From contig NC_057750.1 of assembly GCF_004010195.1 (NCBI RefSeq), forward strand, positions 10,987,081 through 11,025,045: DNA of 37,965 nucleotides, given 5' to 3'. The position numbers and the translations under genes are program-made. Shown piece after piece: positions 1 to 11,996 of this stretch. The notes below the pieces were generated by a model. That model searched no databases and was not told the DNA's origin. It was given only the letters and a program-made list of their open reading frames with translations. The DNA is from Chiloscyllium plagiosum. Its lineage: Eukaryota. Every line of letters starts with the position of its first letter. Position 1 is the first letter of the stretch.

Positions 1-34
1 CCTTAAACTTTTGTTCTTTAGTTACTGATGCTTA

Positions 35-930
35 TTATTCTATTCATCCACGGGTTATGGAACATTGCAAACAAGGCCAGCATTTATTGCCCATACTTAA
101 TTGCACTGGCGAAGATGATGGTGAGCTGTTTTCATGGACCGCTCCAGTCCTTGGGGTATAGGGATACCCACAGTACTGTCTGGAGTGCACTTCCAAAATT
201 GGATCTAGTAACGACGTGAAGGAATTGTACTATACTTACAATTCAGGATGGTGTTTGGCTGAAAGACCAAGTTGCAGGACTCAGTGTTCCCATGCATTTG
301 CTGTCTTTGTCCTTCAGGATGGTGGAGGTTGTAGGTTTGGAATGTGCTGTCGGGAGAACCTTAATGTGTTATCTCAGTGCATCTTGTACATGATATATAC
401 TTCTGCCGACGTGTCAGTGGTGAGGTGAGTAAAAGTTGAAGTTGGTGGCTGAGTTATTAACAAAGTAGGCTGCTTTTTCATTGTGCCAAGTTTTTTGAGG
501 TTTGGTGGAGTTGCACCCATCCAGTCTGGTGGAGAACATTTCATCACACTCCTGATTTGCAACTTTTAGATGAAGAACAGGCGTTGGAGAGACAGGAGTT
601 GAGCTACATGCTGTGGAATAACTACCCTCTGCTCTTGCAGCCACAGTCATTTATATGACTTGACCAGTTCAGTTTCTGGTCAGTGATAAATTCCTGACAG
701 TGAGGTTTCAGCAATGGCAGTGCAATAACTGGTCAAAACCAATGCTTAGATTGTCTTTTGTTATAAGTGATTATTCCATGGCACTGTATGGTGTGAATGT
801 TTCTTGTATTCTTTTAATCAGACCAAGTCTGGATGCTGTCCAGGTTTGCTGCCATTGGACATGGGCTTTCTCAGTACCGGAAGAGTTGCAAATGGTGCTG
901 GACGTTGTACAATCATTATTGTGCATTTAC
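35..930 (-). mobile_element. Decayed 3' portion of a CR1/L2-group LINE (same family as 28889-32720)
   Basis: The reverse complement resembles the 3' ORF and tail of the element at 31000-32720 and parallels 16730-17790 (for example ttggtggagttgcacccatccag here and ttggagctgcacccatccag there). Confidence 0.7.
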
Positions 931-1604
931 TATAATCAAATAATGCTCGCTATTTGGAACACCATTAGCTCTCTCCTTTAAGTTCAGTGTGAGGAGAAAG
1001 AAAATTCCCAACTTGTCTAATCTATTTGCACAACCAAAGATTCTCATTATTGGTACCATTAATAGAATAGTTACAACACTGAAGGGGGCCATTCAGCCCA
1101 TCATATCTGTATTGGCCCTCTGAAGTAACTGACAGAGCGCCTCTGCCCTATTTGGTTACAATTTTACATGCCCATCTTTGATTCTGAATCATCTAGTCAA
1201 CATTCAACATTACCTCACTCTAAGTTGGCTTCCCAATCTTGATTGTTTCGACACTGGACTGCTCTATTTCCTTTTCTATAACTAACCAAACTTGATAATA
1301 CAATGATAACTGCCCCTAAATGTTCCCCAACTAACACTTGATAAGTTTGGCTCATTCTCACTAGTTCAACACTGCCTACTTTCTTGTTGGTTTGGAAATA
1401 TACTGCAATGGAAAATGCTTCTGAATGCAGGGAAGGTCTTGGCCCTTCTTGCTATTACTATCCCAGTTCATATTTGGTAATTAAAGACCCAAATCATTAC
1501 AACTTTATTGTTGTGACTTTTTGTAACATCCTTGCAAGCTTGTTCGCCTACAGCTTTCCTAATAATAGGTGGTCTATAGATTACACTAACTACTTTTTCA
1601 CTAG

Positions 1605-2560
1605 ATTGATCCCAGAGAGGTGGGGTGTGTCGTATGAAGAGATATTGAATAGTTTAGGCCTATACTGTCTGGAATTTAGAAGAATAGAGTCATAGGGTCA
1701 TAGAGATGTACAGCATGGAAACAGACCCTTCGGTCCAATCCATCCATGCCGACCAGATATCCCAACCCAATCTAGTCCCACATGCCAGCACCCGGCCCAT
1801 ATCCCTCCAAACCCTTCCTATTCATATACCCATCCAAATGCCTTTTAAATGTTGTAATTGTACCAGCCTCCACCACATCCTCTGGCAGCTCNNNNNNNNN
1901 NNNNNNNNNNNNNNNNNNNNNNNNNNNNNNNNNNNNNNNNNNCCTCCATCCCTGGCAACATCCTTGTAAATCCTTTCTGAACCCTTTCAAGTTTCACAAC
2001 ATCTTTCCGATAGGAAGGAGACCAGAATTGCACGCAATATTCCAATAGTGATCTAACCAATGTCCTGTACAGCCGCAACATGACCTCCCAACTCCTGTAC
2101 TCAATACTCTGACCAATAAAGGAAAGCCTTCTTCACTATCCTATCTACCTGCGACTTCACTTTCAAGGAGCTATGAACCTGCACTCCAAGGTCTTTTTGA
2201 ATGAGGGGAGATCAAATTATGTATCAAGATAATAAAAAGGATAAAATAGAGGTGGAGTGGATGCTTATTCTTTTGGAGCATTCTTGGCTGAGGGTTGGCA
2301 AATTTAAAACCGGGTTGAGGAGAAACTACTACTCCCAAAAGGTTGTGAATCTGTGGAATTCGCTACCCCAAAGTGCAGTGCATGCTGGGACAGTGAGTAA
2401 ATTTGAGGAGGAGTTAGATAGATTTGTAATTGGTAATGGGTTGAAGGGATATGGGGAGAAGGCAGGAAAATGGGGCTGAGGAGCATATCAGCCATGACCG
2501 AATGGTGGAGCAGGCTAAGTGGGCCGAACGGCCTACTTCCGCTCTGATATCTTGTGAACT
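1605..2560 (+). mobile_element. CR1 LINE 3' fragment (host), interrupted by an antisense CR1
   Basis: RLIPERWGVSYEEILNSLGLYCLEFRR then MRGD...FKTGLRRNYYSQKVVNLWNSLPQ (CR1 ORF2 C-terminus), followed by the CR1 3' UTR. Confidence 0.85.
1686..2198 (-). mobile_element. 5'-truncated CR1 (HER1-like) insertion
   Basis: MLRLYRTLVRSLLEYCVQFWSPSYRKDVVKLERVQ...ELPEDVVEAGTITTFKRHLDGYM, with a (ctatgact)n-type tail. GAAT occurs at both junctions. Contains the 51-N gap. Confidence 0.9.
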
Positions 2561-2847
2561 TTTTTATGTTCCTTGGCTCTAGTCAAATTGAAATGTCCTT
2601 GATACCTCTGGGACATCCTATCTCTCTGATGATTTTCCCAATTAGTTGTGCCACCTGTCTTCTTTACTTTCCTTTTCTGATTGCCTGGTTGTCAGGAATG
2701 TTTAATACCCAGTCTTGCTCTTTGTGAGGCATGTGCCTGTTATTGCCATCACATCATATTTTCACATGGCTATCTGTGATTGAAACTTGCTGATCATATT
2801 TACCATACTCAGTAAATTCATGCACATACATTACAGTCCTAATTAAG

Positions 2848-2932
2848 TGATGAAGGGCTTATGCCTGAAATGTCAATTCTCCTCCTCCTCGGATGCTGCC
2901 TCCCTGCTGTGCTTTCCCAGAAACACACTCTC
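2848..2932 (+). mobile_element. Penelope terminal-repeat remnant with a truncated hammerhead motif
   Basis: TGATGAAGGGCTTATGCCTGAAATGTC...GGATGCTGCC, homologous to 4352-4430. Confidence 0.7.
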
Positions 2933-3239
2933 GAGCCCTCGTTAAGAACTTTATACTTTCACTGTTAGGCTGATCCCAACTAATGTCTTACTGTTTCCCA
3001 CCTTTTGGCACGCCCTGTCTCATAAGTTGATCGTTTCAGAACCATAGCATCATAGAATCCCTCAAGTGTGGAAACCGGGCATTCAGCCGAAGAAGTCCAC
3101 AATGACTCTCCAAACAGCATCCCACCCAGACCCACCTCCTTACCCTATTCCTGTAATTGCATTTTCCCAAGGCTAGTCCACCTAACCTACACACCCCTGG
3201 ACACAATGGGCAATATAGAATGGTCAATCTCCCTAAGCT

Positions 3240-4436
3240 TTGTTGGCTACACAGAACAGTCGATCTTCCGTAATTACACCAGCACCGCTCCCCACCTCTT
3301 CCTCCGCTACATTGATGACTGCATTGGCGCCACCTCGTGCTCTTGCGAGGAGGTTGAACAATTCATCAACTTCACCAACACATTCCACCCTGACCTTTAA
3401 ATTTACCTGGACCATCTCTGACACCTCCCTCCCCTTTCTAGACCTCTCCATCTCCATTAATGACGACCGACTTGATACCATCATTTTTTACAAACCAACC
3501 AACTCCCACAGCTACCTGGATTACACCTCTTCCCACCCTACCTCCTGCAAAAATGCAATCCCGTATTCCCAATTCCTCCGCTTCCACTGTATCTGCTCCC
3601 AGGAGGACCAGTTCCACCACAGAACACACTAGATGGCCTCCTTCCCAATTGGTTAAAGATGCCCTCCAAAGCATCTCGTCCACATCCCGCATCTCTGCCC
3701 TCAGACCTCACCCCTCCAACCGTAACAAGGACAGAACGCCCCTGGTACTCATCTTCCACCCTACCAACCTTTGCATAAACCAAATCATCCGCCGACATTT
3801 CCACCACCTCCAAACAGACCCCACCACCGGGAATATATTTCCCTCCCCACCCCTTTCTGCCTTCCGTAAAGACCGTTTCCTCCATGACTACCTGGTCAGG
3901 TCCATGCCCCCCTTCAACCCACCCTCCCATCCTGGTACCTTCCCCTGCCACCACAGGAATTGCAAAANNNNNNNNNNNNNNNNNNNNNNNNNNNNNNNNN
4001 NNNNNNNNNNNNNNNNNNNNNNNNNNNNNNNNNNNNNNNNNNNNNNNNNNNNNNNNNNNNNNNNNNNNNNNNNNNNNNNNNNNNNNNNNNNNNNNNNNNN
4101 NNNNNNNNNNNNNNNNNNNNNNNNNNNNNNNNNNNNNNNNNNNNNNNNNNNNNNNNNNNNNNNNNNNNNNNNNNNNNNNNNNNNNNNNNNNNNNNNNNNN
4201 NNNNNNNNNNNNNNNNNNNNNNNNNNNNNNNNNNNNNNNNNNNNNNNNNNNNNNNNNNNNNNNNNNNNNNNNNNNNNNNNNNNNNNNNNNNNNNNNNNNN
4301 NNNNNNNNNNNNNNNNNNNNNNNNNNNNNNNNNNNNNNTCTGCCTGTATTCCTGATGAAGGGCTTTTGCCCGAAATGTCTTACTGCTCCTCGGATGCTGC
4401 CTGAACTGCTGTGCTCTTCCAGCACCACTAATCCAG
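3240..4436 (+). mobile_element. Penelope-like retroelement, 5'-truncated and frameshifted (RT C-terminus; the GIY-YIG region presumably falls in the gap)
   Basis: FVGYTEQSIF...FLRYIDDCIG, LPFLDLSI, YKPTNSHSYLDYTSSHP..CKNAIPYSQFLR and PGTFPC are PLE RT motifs. Imperfect flanking duplication aatc(tc/ca)cctaagct at 3226-3239 and 4437-4450. Confidence 0.9.
4345..4385 (+). ncRNA. Minimal hammerhead ribozyme motif (PLE-associated)
   Basis: CTGATGA (4352-4358), then A, GGGC/TTTT/GCCC helix II, GAAA (4372-4375) and TGTC. Confidence 0.7.
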
Positions 4437-4559
4437 AATCCACCTAAGCTGCACATCTTTGGACTTTGGGAGGAAACCGGAGCACCTGGAGGAAACCCAC
4501 ACAAATGTGCCATGGTAGTCACCTCTGTGATAAAAATTGTCTGGTGTGGCTCAGGAATC

Positions 4560-5990
4560 CCACTCTCGCAAGGCCATCGCTGATGCATTTGCTGCAGAGG
4601 AAGACAGGAAGCTGAGAGGGTGTGTCATTTGCTGGCCTCTGTTTTCTCTGGACCCTCTTTATGCCTCACTGGGTAAAGAGGAGATCACACTGAGCAGCTT
4701 CAGCAGGCAGCCAGTTTTCTTCAGCAGCTTAAATAGTCAAATGACTTAGTGAGATTGATGAAGGCAATATATTAGATCACAGCACTTCTCTTGCAGCTGC
4801 TCGACTGAAAAGGTCATGTCACTTGTAGATCGTTCAGTTCTGAAATTTCCACTGGTGTTCAGCTTGGATATGCAGTTGACGAGGGCAACATTCTTTTCCC
4901 ACAATGCTCAGCAGGGAGGTGTTTCCATAATTGTTGCAGTCAGTATAGACACCCTTGTACTTGTACAGGGTTACAATTTTGCATCTCCCTGTACAAGAAC
5001 AGGGAGACACTACGCTCCCTGTGACACTACGCTCTCCCTTGTAGAGTCTGAGCAGTTTGTGGAGATGCTGCAGGTGTGCTAGTTTCCTGAGTTCAGGCAA
5101 CATTGAAGCAGGACTTGAAACAAACATATCAATAGCTTCGCTAAGCTCCTCCACTGGGTTCTATATCTAACTCTACCATGAGAGTAAAACAGCATTATTA
5201 TGGTATTGAGGATCTCCTCAGTAACATTCTCCCTAGAATACGAGAACGGACCACTTGGTTTCAGTGACGGGGTTCCAGCACAATGATTGTAGCCTCAGAT
5301 CAGTCAACATTGTCCTGCCCTTGCTACCATATTTTGAGAGTGTAGTATTGTACATTTTGTCTCAAAGTATAGAGTCAGAGATGTACAGCATGGAAACAGA
5401 CCCTTCGGTCCAACTCGTCCATACCAACCAGATATCCCAACCCTGTCTAGTCCCACCAGCCAGCACCTGGTCCATAGCCCTCCAAACCCTTCCTATTCAT
5501 ATACCCATCCAGATGCCTTTTAAATGTTGCAATTGTACCAGCCTCCACCACTTCCTCTGGCAGCTCAGTATGTTCCATTTTTTTTTCCTGCACTGTTGTG
5601 TGAGAACATCTGCTCAGTTGCGTCACAGACTGTTAAATTATATCTGGATAGACAAAGTGACTGGCTGATATTGATATGAGGATGACATTTCTGCTTTGAA
5701 TGACAGAACTTTGTGTTTGCTCTGTTGAGTGACCTGACATCACAGTCAGCAATCATGTGTGTTCAGCAAGCTGTTCAGAAAGTCATGTCTGATGAACAGA
5801 TCTAGTTGGTGTCAGTGAATCTTGGATGTCTTCAGGACACCTTATGGCACATTTTGTTCTGAAAAAAAGTTTGGTTACTCAAAGCTCATGGTAGCAGCAA
5901 AGCTAAAGTAGTTTCTGTCAGTCCTTTTTTATTCTTCACAGACTGTGTAGTTCGAGGCAGAAGGGATATGCACCACCGAGGATTTTAAAA
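4560..5990 (-). mobile_element. Decayed RTE-clade LINE fragment (RT region)
   Basis: KIVTLYKYKGVYTDCNNYGNTSLLSIVGK, followed by RSTSDMTFSVEQLQEK, which are RTE-type RT motifs. Interrupted by a CR1 tail at about 5368-5567. Confidence 0.75.
5368..5567 (-). mobile_element. Short CR1 3'-end insertion
   Basis: Nearly identical to 1700-1891 (agagatgtacagcatggaaacagacccttcggtcc...ctctggcagctc). Confidence 0.9.
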
Positions 5991-6474
5991 TGTGAATATA
6001 CATACGAATTAGGAACATGAGAAGGCTCTTCAAGTCTGCTTCACCATTCTAAAGATGATGGTTGATCTGATTACTCCACATTCCTGCCTATCTCTGATAG
6101 CGCCCTTTTGTTTAAGACCCTGTCTCCCACTGCTTAAAAATATTCAAAGATTCTGTTTCCATCTTTTTTTAATACATTTTTATTGAAAAATTGATTTTTT
6201 AATATTACAACAAATACAAAACAATACAAAGAACACCAAAAAAAGTTAAAAATCCAAACCGTCCTCCTGTACAAATGTATAAATCTGTATAGAAAAATAT
6301 ATGTATTTAAAAAGCTCCAACTAACTACTTAAATAAATAATAACCAATAACAAACAAATAAATAATAATAACAAAACACTCTCTCTTGAATATCGAGAGC
6401 ATTAGTTTTCACATATTCATACGTTTGCAACTCCCCCCTCTGGATATTGGACTTGTAAAGCACAATCGTTAAGG

Positions 6475-9400
6475 CTATATAAAAGCCCTTGTTAGAATGA
6501 CAGATAAATCTGTGTCCAGGTATTCCAAAAAGGGCTGCTATTTCTTATAGAAATTCTCAGTCTTGTGGTGTACCATACTGGTGAGAAAATCCAAGGGGAT
6601 ATGCTCCATATCAATCTTCCGCCAACCTGACAGGCCTGGGGGGTTTCGGATACCCAACCTAACAAGATATTCTTTCTTGTGCAGAAAGTGAGGATGTTGA
6701 AAAGTTTTTACTTACGCACATCTACAGGGAGCACACTGGGCAGGCCAAGAAGAGAGATCGGGTCCTCCTCCACCCTTACACCCAAAATCCCCTCCCATTG
6801 CAGCCGTCACAGCGCTCCAGTAAGTTTGAAGCTTACCACAAGAGTGCCCTTACCAACCTTACACTTGGGGCATGTTGAAGACACCCCTGGTTTAAATTTT
6901 GATAAATGATCCGGAGCCAAGTGGACCCTGTAGAGAATCTTCAACTGTAAAGCATGGGTCCTATTGCAAATTGATATCTTTCTTGCATTTTCCCAAAAAT
7001 CTTCCCATGCCTCTGAGGAGACCTCAATGCATATCTCTCTCTCCCACACCCTGCAGAGTCAATCAAATTCATCTGAGGGGGTGCACTCCAATTAATGATA
7101 TCAATTGCTGACAGAAAGTGTACTCTTACCACTTAACACCCTCCTCTTTATGTCAGATTTGTAGGGATCCCTAAAATCCCTAACTTGAAAAAAACGAAAG
7201 AGGTCCCAGTTAGCTCGTATTTTCATGCTAACTGATCAAAGGACATCATTGTGTCTCCCTTCAATAAATCGCCCATGCAAGACACACCCCTAGCTGCCCA
7301 ATGTTTGAATCCTGAATCTATCATCCCTGGTTGAAAACCCGACATGCCCACTATAGATGGAAGAGAAGATATTTTGCCAATTTTGCCTTCCCTCTGCCAA
7401 ATTGCCCTCCGTGCTTTAACAGTATAGATAACTATTAGGATATGGCAATATTCCCTAACTGTCCTAATTTTGTCCAAAAGCAGCAAACTGGTAAGGGGTT
7501 TTGATATCTAACCATATTGAAAGAAGATCCCCACAAGCCCAACCACTCACGCAATATAAAAGCAAGCTTAGTTAATAGTTTTTAATGTCCGGGAGATCCA
7601 CTCCCCTCAATCTGTGAGGCAACTGCAGTTTAGCTAATTAAGATGCCAAATAAAAGAGCTGAACCAGCCGTTCAGTCTCCCGAACGTTTGCTTATCGAAA
7701 ATCAGGAGAAGCATCCGTATAGGGTACAACAAATGGGGGAGAATATTCATCTTAATAAGTGCTATCTGACCTAACCATGAGACCGTAAGCGCCTCCCGTC
7801 TTTGAAGATCTTGTTTGATTTTATCGAATAATTGAACAAAATTAGCTTTGAGCAATCGATCAAGAACTGGCGTGATGACCTTGCCTAAAACCCTCTGTGA
7901 CCACTTAAATGGGAATCGATATTCGCCCTCAAGACCTAGCAACTTCGTAAGACCACCCATAGGCATAGTGTCTGATTTTGCAAAATTAATCTTGTACCCC
8001 GAAAAGATGCCAAATGTGCTGATGCATTGTATCAGGCAAGGCACCAAAATTGCTGGATTTGACAAAAAAATGAGGACATCATCCGCGTGCAATAAAATCT
8101 TATGTAATTTTGACCCCACTTCTAGAGCTGATATATCAGGATCCTTATGAATGGCCTCTGCCAATGGTTCAATCACCAATGTAAAAAAACAATGGTGAAA
8201 GGGACCAGCCCTGCCGGCTACTCCTAAAAATGTTAGGGCCACTCAACTCCGTCAAATGCCTTCTCTGCATCTAGAGAAATCACCAATCCCTCTACTGACT
8301 GTTATTCACATGTTTGAATTACATTCAGCAGCCTCCTAACACTATTGGAGGATCTATGAATCCCATCTGTTCCTCTTTAATAATTTAAAGTAACACAGTC
8401 TCCAGCCTTAACACAAGAATCTTAGAGAGGATTTTGAAGTCCACATTCCAGAGTGAGATGGGTCTGTACAAAGCACAGTCTTCCAGGATCTTCCCTTTTT
8501 TAAGAATAAGTGATGGCGGGAGACGATCATGACTGTATGAGTCGTTGAACATGTTGAGCATCAGGCCTGACAATATGTTTATAAATTCCTTATAGAATTC
8601 ACTGGGAAGTCCATCAGGATTGGGCACCTTTCCACTCTGAAGCTGCTTCACAGCCTCCTACAGCTTGCTCTGATAAGGGGGCATTGAGAAAAGACTCTTG
8701 TTTGGGATCATGCCCGGGAGCACCAGATTCTGGAAAAAGGACTCCATCTTGCCTCGCCCCTCCTCACAACTCTCAGATTGTTATAACTTAGAGTAAAATC
8801 TCTGGAATGCTGCATTAATCTTTTTGGAATCACATGTTAGGTTTCCCAGACCCTTCCCTAATCGATGTACTGGCTTGAGGGGTGCTCTTTTTCCTGGTGA
8901 GATATGTTAGGTACTTGCCCAGTCTGTCACCATGCTCATATAGCTTTTGCTTTGCGAAAGTAAGCTCCGTCTTTGCTGTCTGCGTGAGCACGGAATTCAC
9001 TGCAAACCGCAGCGCCATAATCCTCTGTAGCTTGACCAACGAGAGCCTGTCAAAGTAAGCCTTCTCGGCTGCTTTCAACTGTACTTTGAGGAGACGTCGC
9101 TGTTCGCCCTTTTGCCGCTTCCTACTAGTACAGTAGGAGATAACTAACCCCCGGCATAGGCTCTGGCAGTTTCCCAAAGGACAGATGGGCTACTAACTGA
9201 GCCTGAGTTAATGTCTAGGAATGCCTGAAATTCCCCAGAGAAGTGCTCCACAAGCTTATTATCCTTAAGGATAAAGGGATCCATTTGCCAGTGCCTCAGG
9301 CCTTAATCTTAACCAACAGGTACACTAGGGCGTGATCGGAGATGGTAATATTACCAATCGTACAAGACGCTACCAAGTCCAGGGTTGCCACGGGGTCAGA

Positions 9401-10017
9401 AAAAAAACATTAATCCTGGTGTGATATCTGTGTGGGTTGGAAAAAAACATAAAATCCCTACCTATAGGATGGAGACGCCTCCAGACGTCCACCAACCCTA
9501 ACTCCACACAGATCCATTAATTGTTTCGTTTTTACAGAGGGTATCAGGGGACCTTTGGGCAACCTGTCTACTGTGGGATCCATGAGACAATTAAAATCTC
9601 CCCCTTTAATGCCAGGACTCGAGACTGATCAATTTGGAGAACACATCTACCAGAAATTTGAGGGGATGGACCGGAGGGCAATAAGCATTTAAAACACCAT
9701 GTTCTTCCCCATTTATCAGGGCTTTGAGAATTACAAACCTCTCGTGTGTGTCTTTAATACACTCTAGTAGCTTAAATGGAGGTTCCTCCGAACCAGTAGA
9801 GCCACTTGCCTACTCCTGGTATTAAAAGATGAAAAGTAAACCGATCAAAGCCATTCTGCTGTTGTTTCAAATGCTCCCTATCATCCAAGTGTGTCTCCTG
9901 TAACAAAGCAATATCCACCTTTCCCTTTCTAAGACTCGAAAGTACCTTCTTCCTCTTAATTGGTGAGTGACTCCCCTTGATGTTCCAGGTACACCATTTA
10001 ATCAAGTCATTAGCCAT
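6475..10017 (-). pseudogene. L1 ORF2p remnant (APE endonuclease, RT, Cys-rich C-terminus) with multiple frameshifts
   Basis: MANDLIKWCTWNIKG...DIALLQETHL; KVPNPDGLPSEFYK; YRPISLWNVDFKILSK; LLHADDVLI; SGYKINFAKS; CPKC. Confidence 0.9.
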
Positions 10018-10668
10018 AACTTTCTGTAGTAACATTTAGATTCCAGAGAGGAGGAACTTGAACCACAAACCGCCGAGCCGTAGTGTCGCAAGATCCATCG
10101 AACGTAAAAACTACATAAACTAAAACCACTACAATTACAAAGCTATCAAAGACTATATACAACAAAAACAAAATAAAAACCAACATATAAAGCGTCAATG
10201 GTGCTGAATAGGGGAATCACCCCCTTGCCCAAAGGGGACACCTACGCACCCCGAAGCCCAACTTCCCATCCTGCTGCCAATACTGCAGCCTGGGCCTGAA
10301 TACCTGAACCGAGCATAAACTTCCCGTAAGTAGGCATCCAGCCATCCCAACCATTTCCCTCCACCTAGCTAGAGTCGCACCGCAAACATGAGCAGCAAAG
10401 AAAGAACATACACCATGGAATAGCAACTTGAATAAAGAAATTTTGAAAACAAATGGGTAGGTACTTTGCTATATCCTTTGCTATAACATAACTTAGAAAT
10501 TGAAAGTACATATCTCAACCGCCACCAAACACAGTTTAGACCAGATTATTGCCAATAAAAAAGACAGAGAAAAAAAGCCCCGACTGGACGCCATTTTTTT
10601 TTAAAAAGAAAATACAAAGACAAGCAAGCAACACTACTATTTGTACAAACTAAATTGTTCAGATTAAG

Positions 10669-11413
10669 TTAAGTTAATTTGTACACAAAGTCTCTTGACT
10701 TCTCTGACGTGTCAAAGATATGTCCAGATCCATCTAAGGTGATCAGAAGCACTGCTGAGTACCTCAGAGTACTGGATCCCAAGCTCCCTCAGTCTTTGTT
10801 TGACGCCATCATAGGATTTTCTTTTCTGAGAAGAACTGGAAGAACATGATCTTAGAGCCCTCATAAACTAGAGCCCTCAGGACCTTCTCCTGGGGACGAG
10901 GACGTTGATCCAAACCTGACCTCTGCGCCATGACCCGGTGAGCCCTCTTGATCTTCAAGCCTCTCGTTCCAGCCTCCCAAGTTAAGGAATTTCGGCAACC
11001 AGTCCTCAATAAAGTCCGCCAGCCACTCACCTTCCTTACCCTCCAGCAGACCAACAATCCAAATATTTTTTCTCCTGCCCCTCTTCTCGAAGTCATCAAC
11101 TTGGTCAAGCAAATTAAGTACCTGCATCTCCAGGGCTTGGATCCTATCCATGGAGGAACCAGTATCAGCTTCCACCACTGCGCCTCTGTGTTCTACCTCA
11201 TCCGTCCTTTTCTCCAGGACTCTCAGCAGCTGTTCATGCTTCTGCAGCATGATACAGATCGGGGCCAGATTCTCCCCTACCTGCTCACCCAACATCTCCC
11301 GAGATTTTATGAGCTCCTTCCCCAGGACCTGGTAAGAAATCAAGTTTGAGGATGCTGCAGGCTGGGCCGCGGGCCCGGCCTCTGATTCTCCTCCTCCCCT
11401 CTTTGGCAGCCAT
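10669..11413 (-). pseudogene. L1 ORF1p remnant (coiled coil, RRM, CTD), frameshifted
   Basis: Heptad-like LLRVLEKRTDEVEHR...RIQALEMQVLNLLDQVDDFEKRGRRKNIWIVGLLEG, then IKRAHR, KIMFFQ, ending DTSEKSRDFVYKLT*. Confidence 0.85.
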
Positions 11414-11503
11414 GGACGGCGAAACCAAGGTAAGTTGATTTTTAACAGTTTTCTGGGACTCCACGTCCTTTCTGGAGTCCCAGGATATCGCAGTGGTCCG
11501 GAT

Positions 11504-11996
11504 ATAGAACATTGAACATATCACAACACAGCGCAGAAGAGGCCCTTGATGTTGCACCGACCTGTGAACTAATCTAAGCTCATCTCCCTACACTATTCCA
11601 TTATCATCCATGTGCTTATCCAAGGATTGTTTAAATGCCACTAATGTGGATGAGTTAATTACATTGGCAGGCAGGGCATTCCATGCCCTTACCACTCTCT
11701 GAGTAAAGAACCTGCCTCTGATATGTGTCTTAAATCTATCGCCCCTCAATTTGTAGCTATGCCCCCTTGTACAAGCTGATGTCATCATCCTAGGAAAAAG
11801 ACAGTCACTGTCTACTCAATCTAATCCTCTGGTCATCTTGTATGTCTCTATCAAATCCCCTCTTAGCCTTCTTCTTTCCAATGAGAACAGACCCAAGTCT
11901 CTCAGCCTTTCCTCATAAGACCTTCCCTCCAGACCAGACAACATCCTGGTAAATCCCCTCTGCACCTTTTCCAATGCTTCCACATCCTTCCTGTAG
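11504..11996 (-). mobile_element. CR1 3' fragment nested in the L1 5' UTR
   Basis: TRGHSYKLRGDRFKTHIRGRFFTQRVVRAWNALPA, with a (tgttcta)-type tail near 11505. Confidence 0.88.

Larger units (their letters stand above)
3040..4505 (-). mobile_element. HE1-like V-SINE split by a Penelope insertion (pieces 3040-3239 and 4437-4505)
   Basis: The reverse complement of 4445-4502 (gtgggtttcctccaggtgctccggtttcctccca) matches the SINE core at 26880 and 28255. CR1-like tail near 3045. Confidence 0.8.

Noticed and set aside
1706..2081. Overlapping ORFs spanning X runs
   Set aside because: CR1 fragment plus the 51-N gap.
3625..3640. CTCF-like ACACTAGATGGCCT
   Set aside because: Weaker match that lies inside Penelope coding sequence.
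3460..4588. Long ORFs of 131-314 aa in several frames
   Set aside because: They are artefacts of reading through the 371-N gap; the real content is a frameshifted Penelope.
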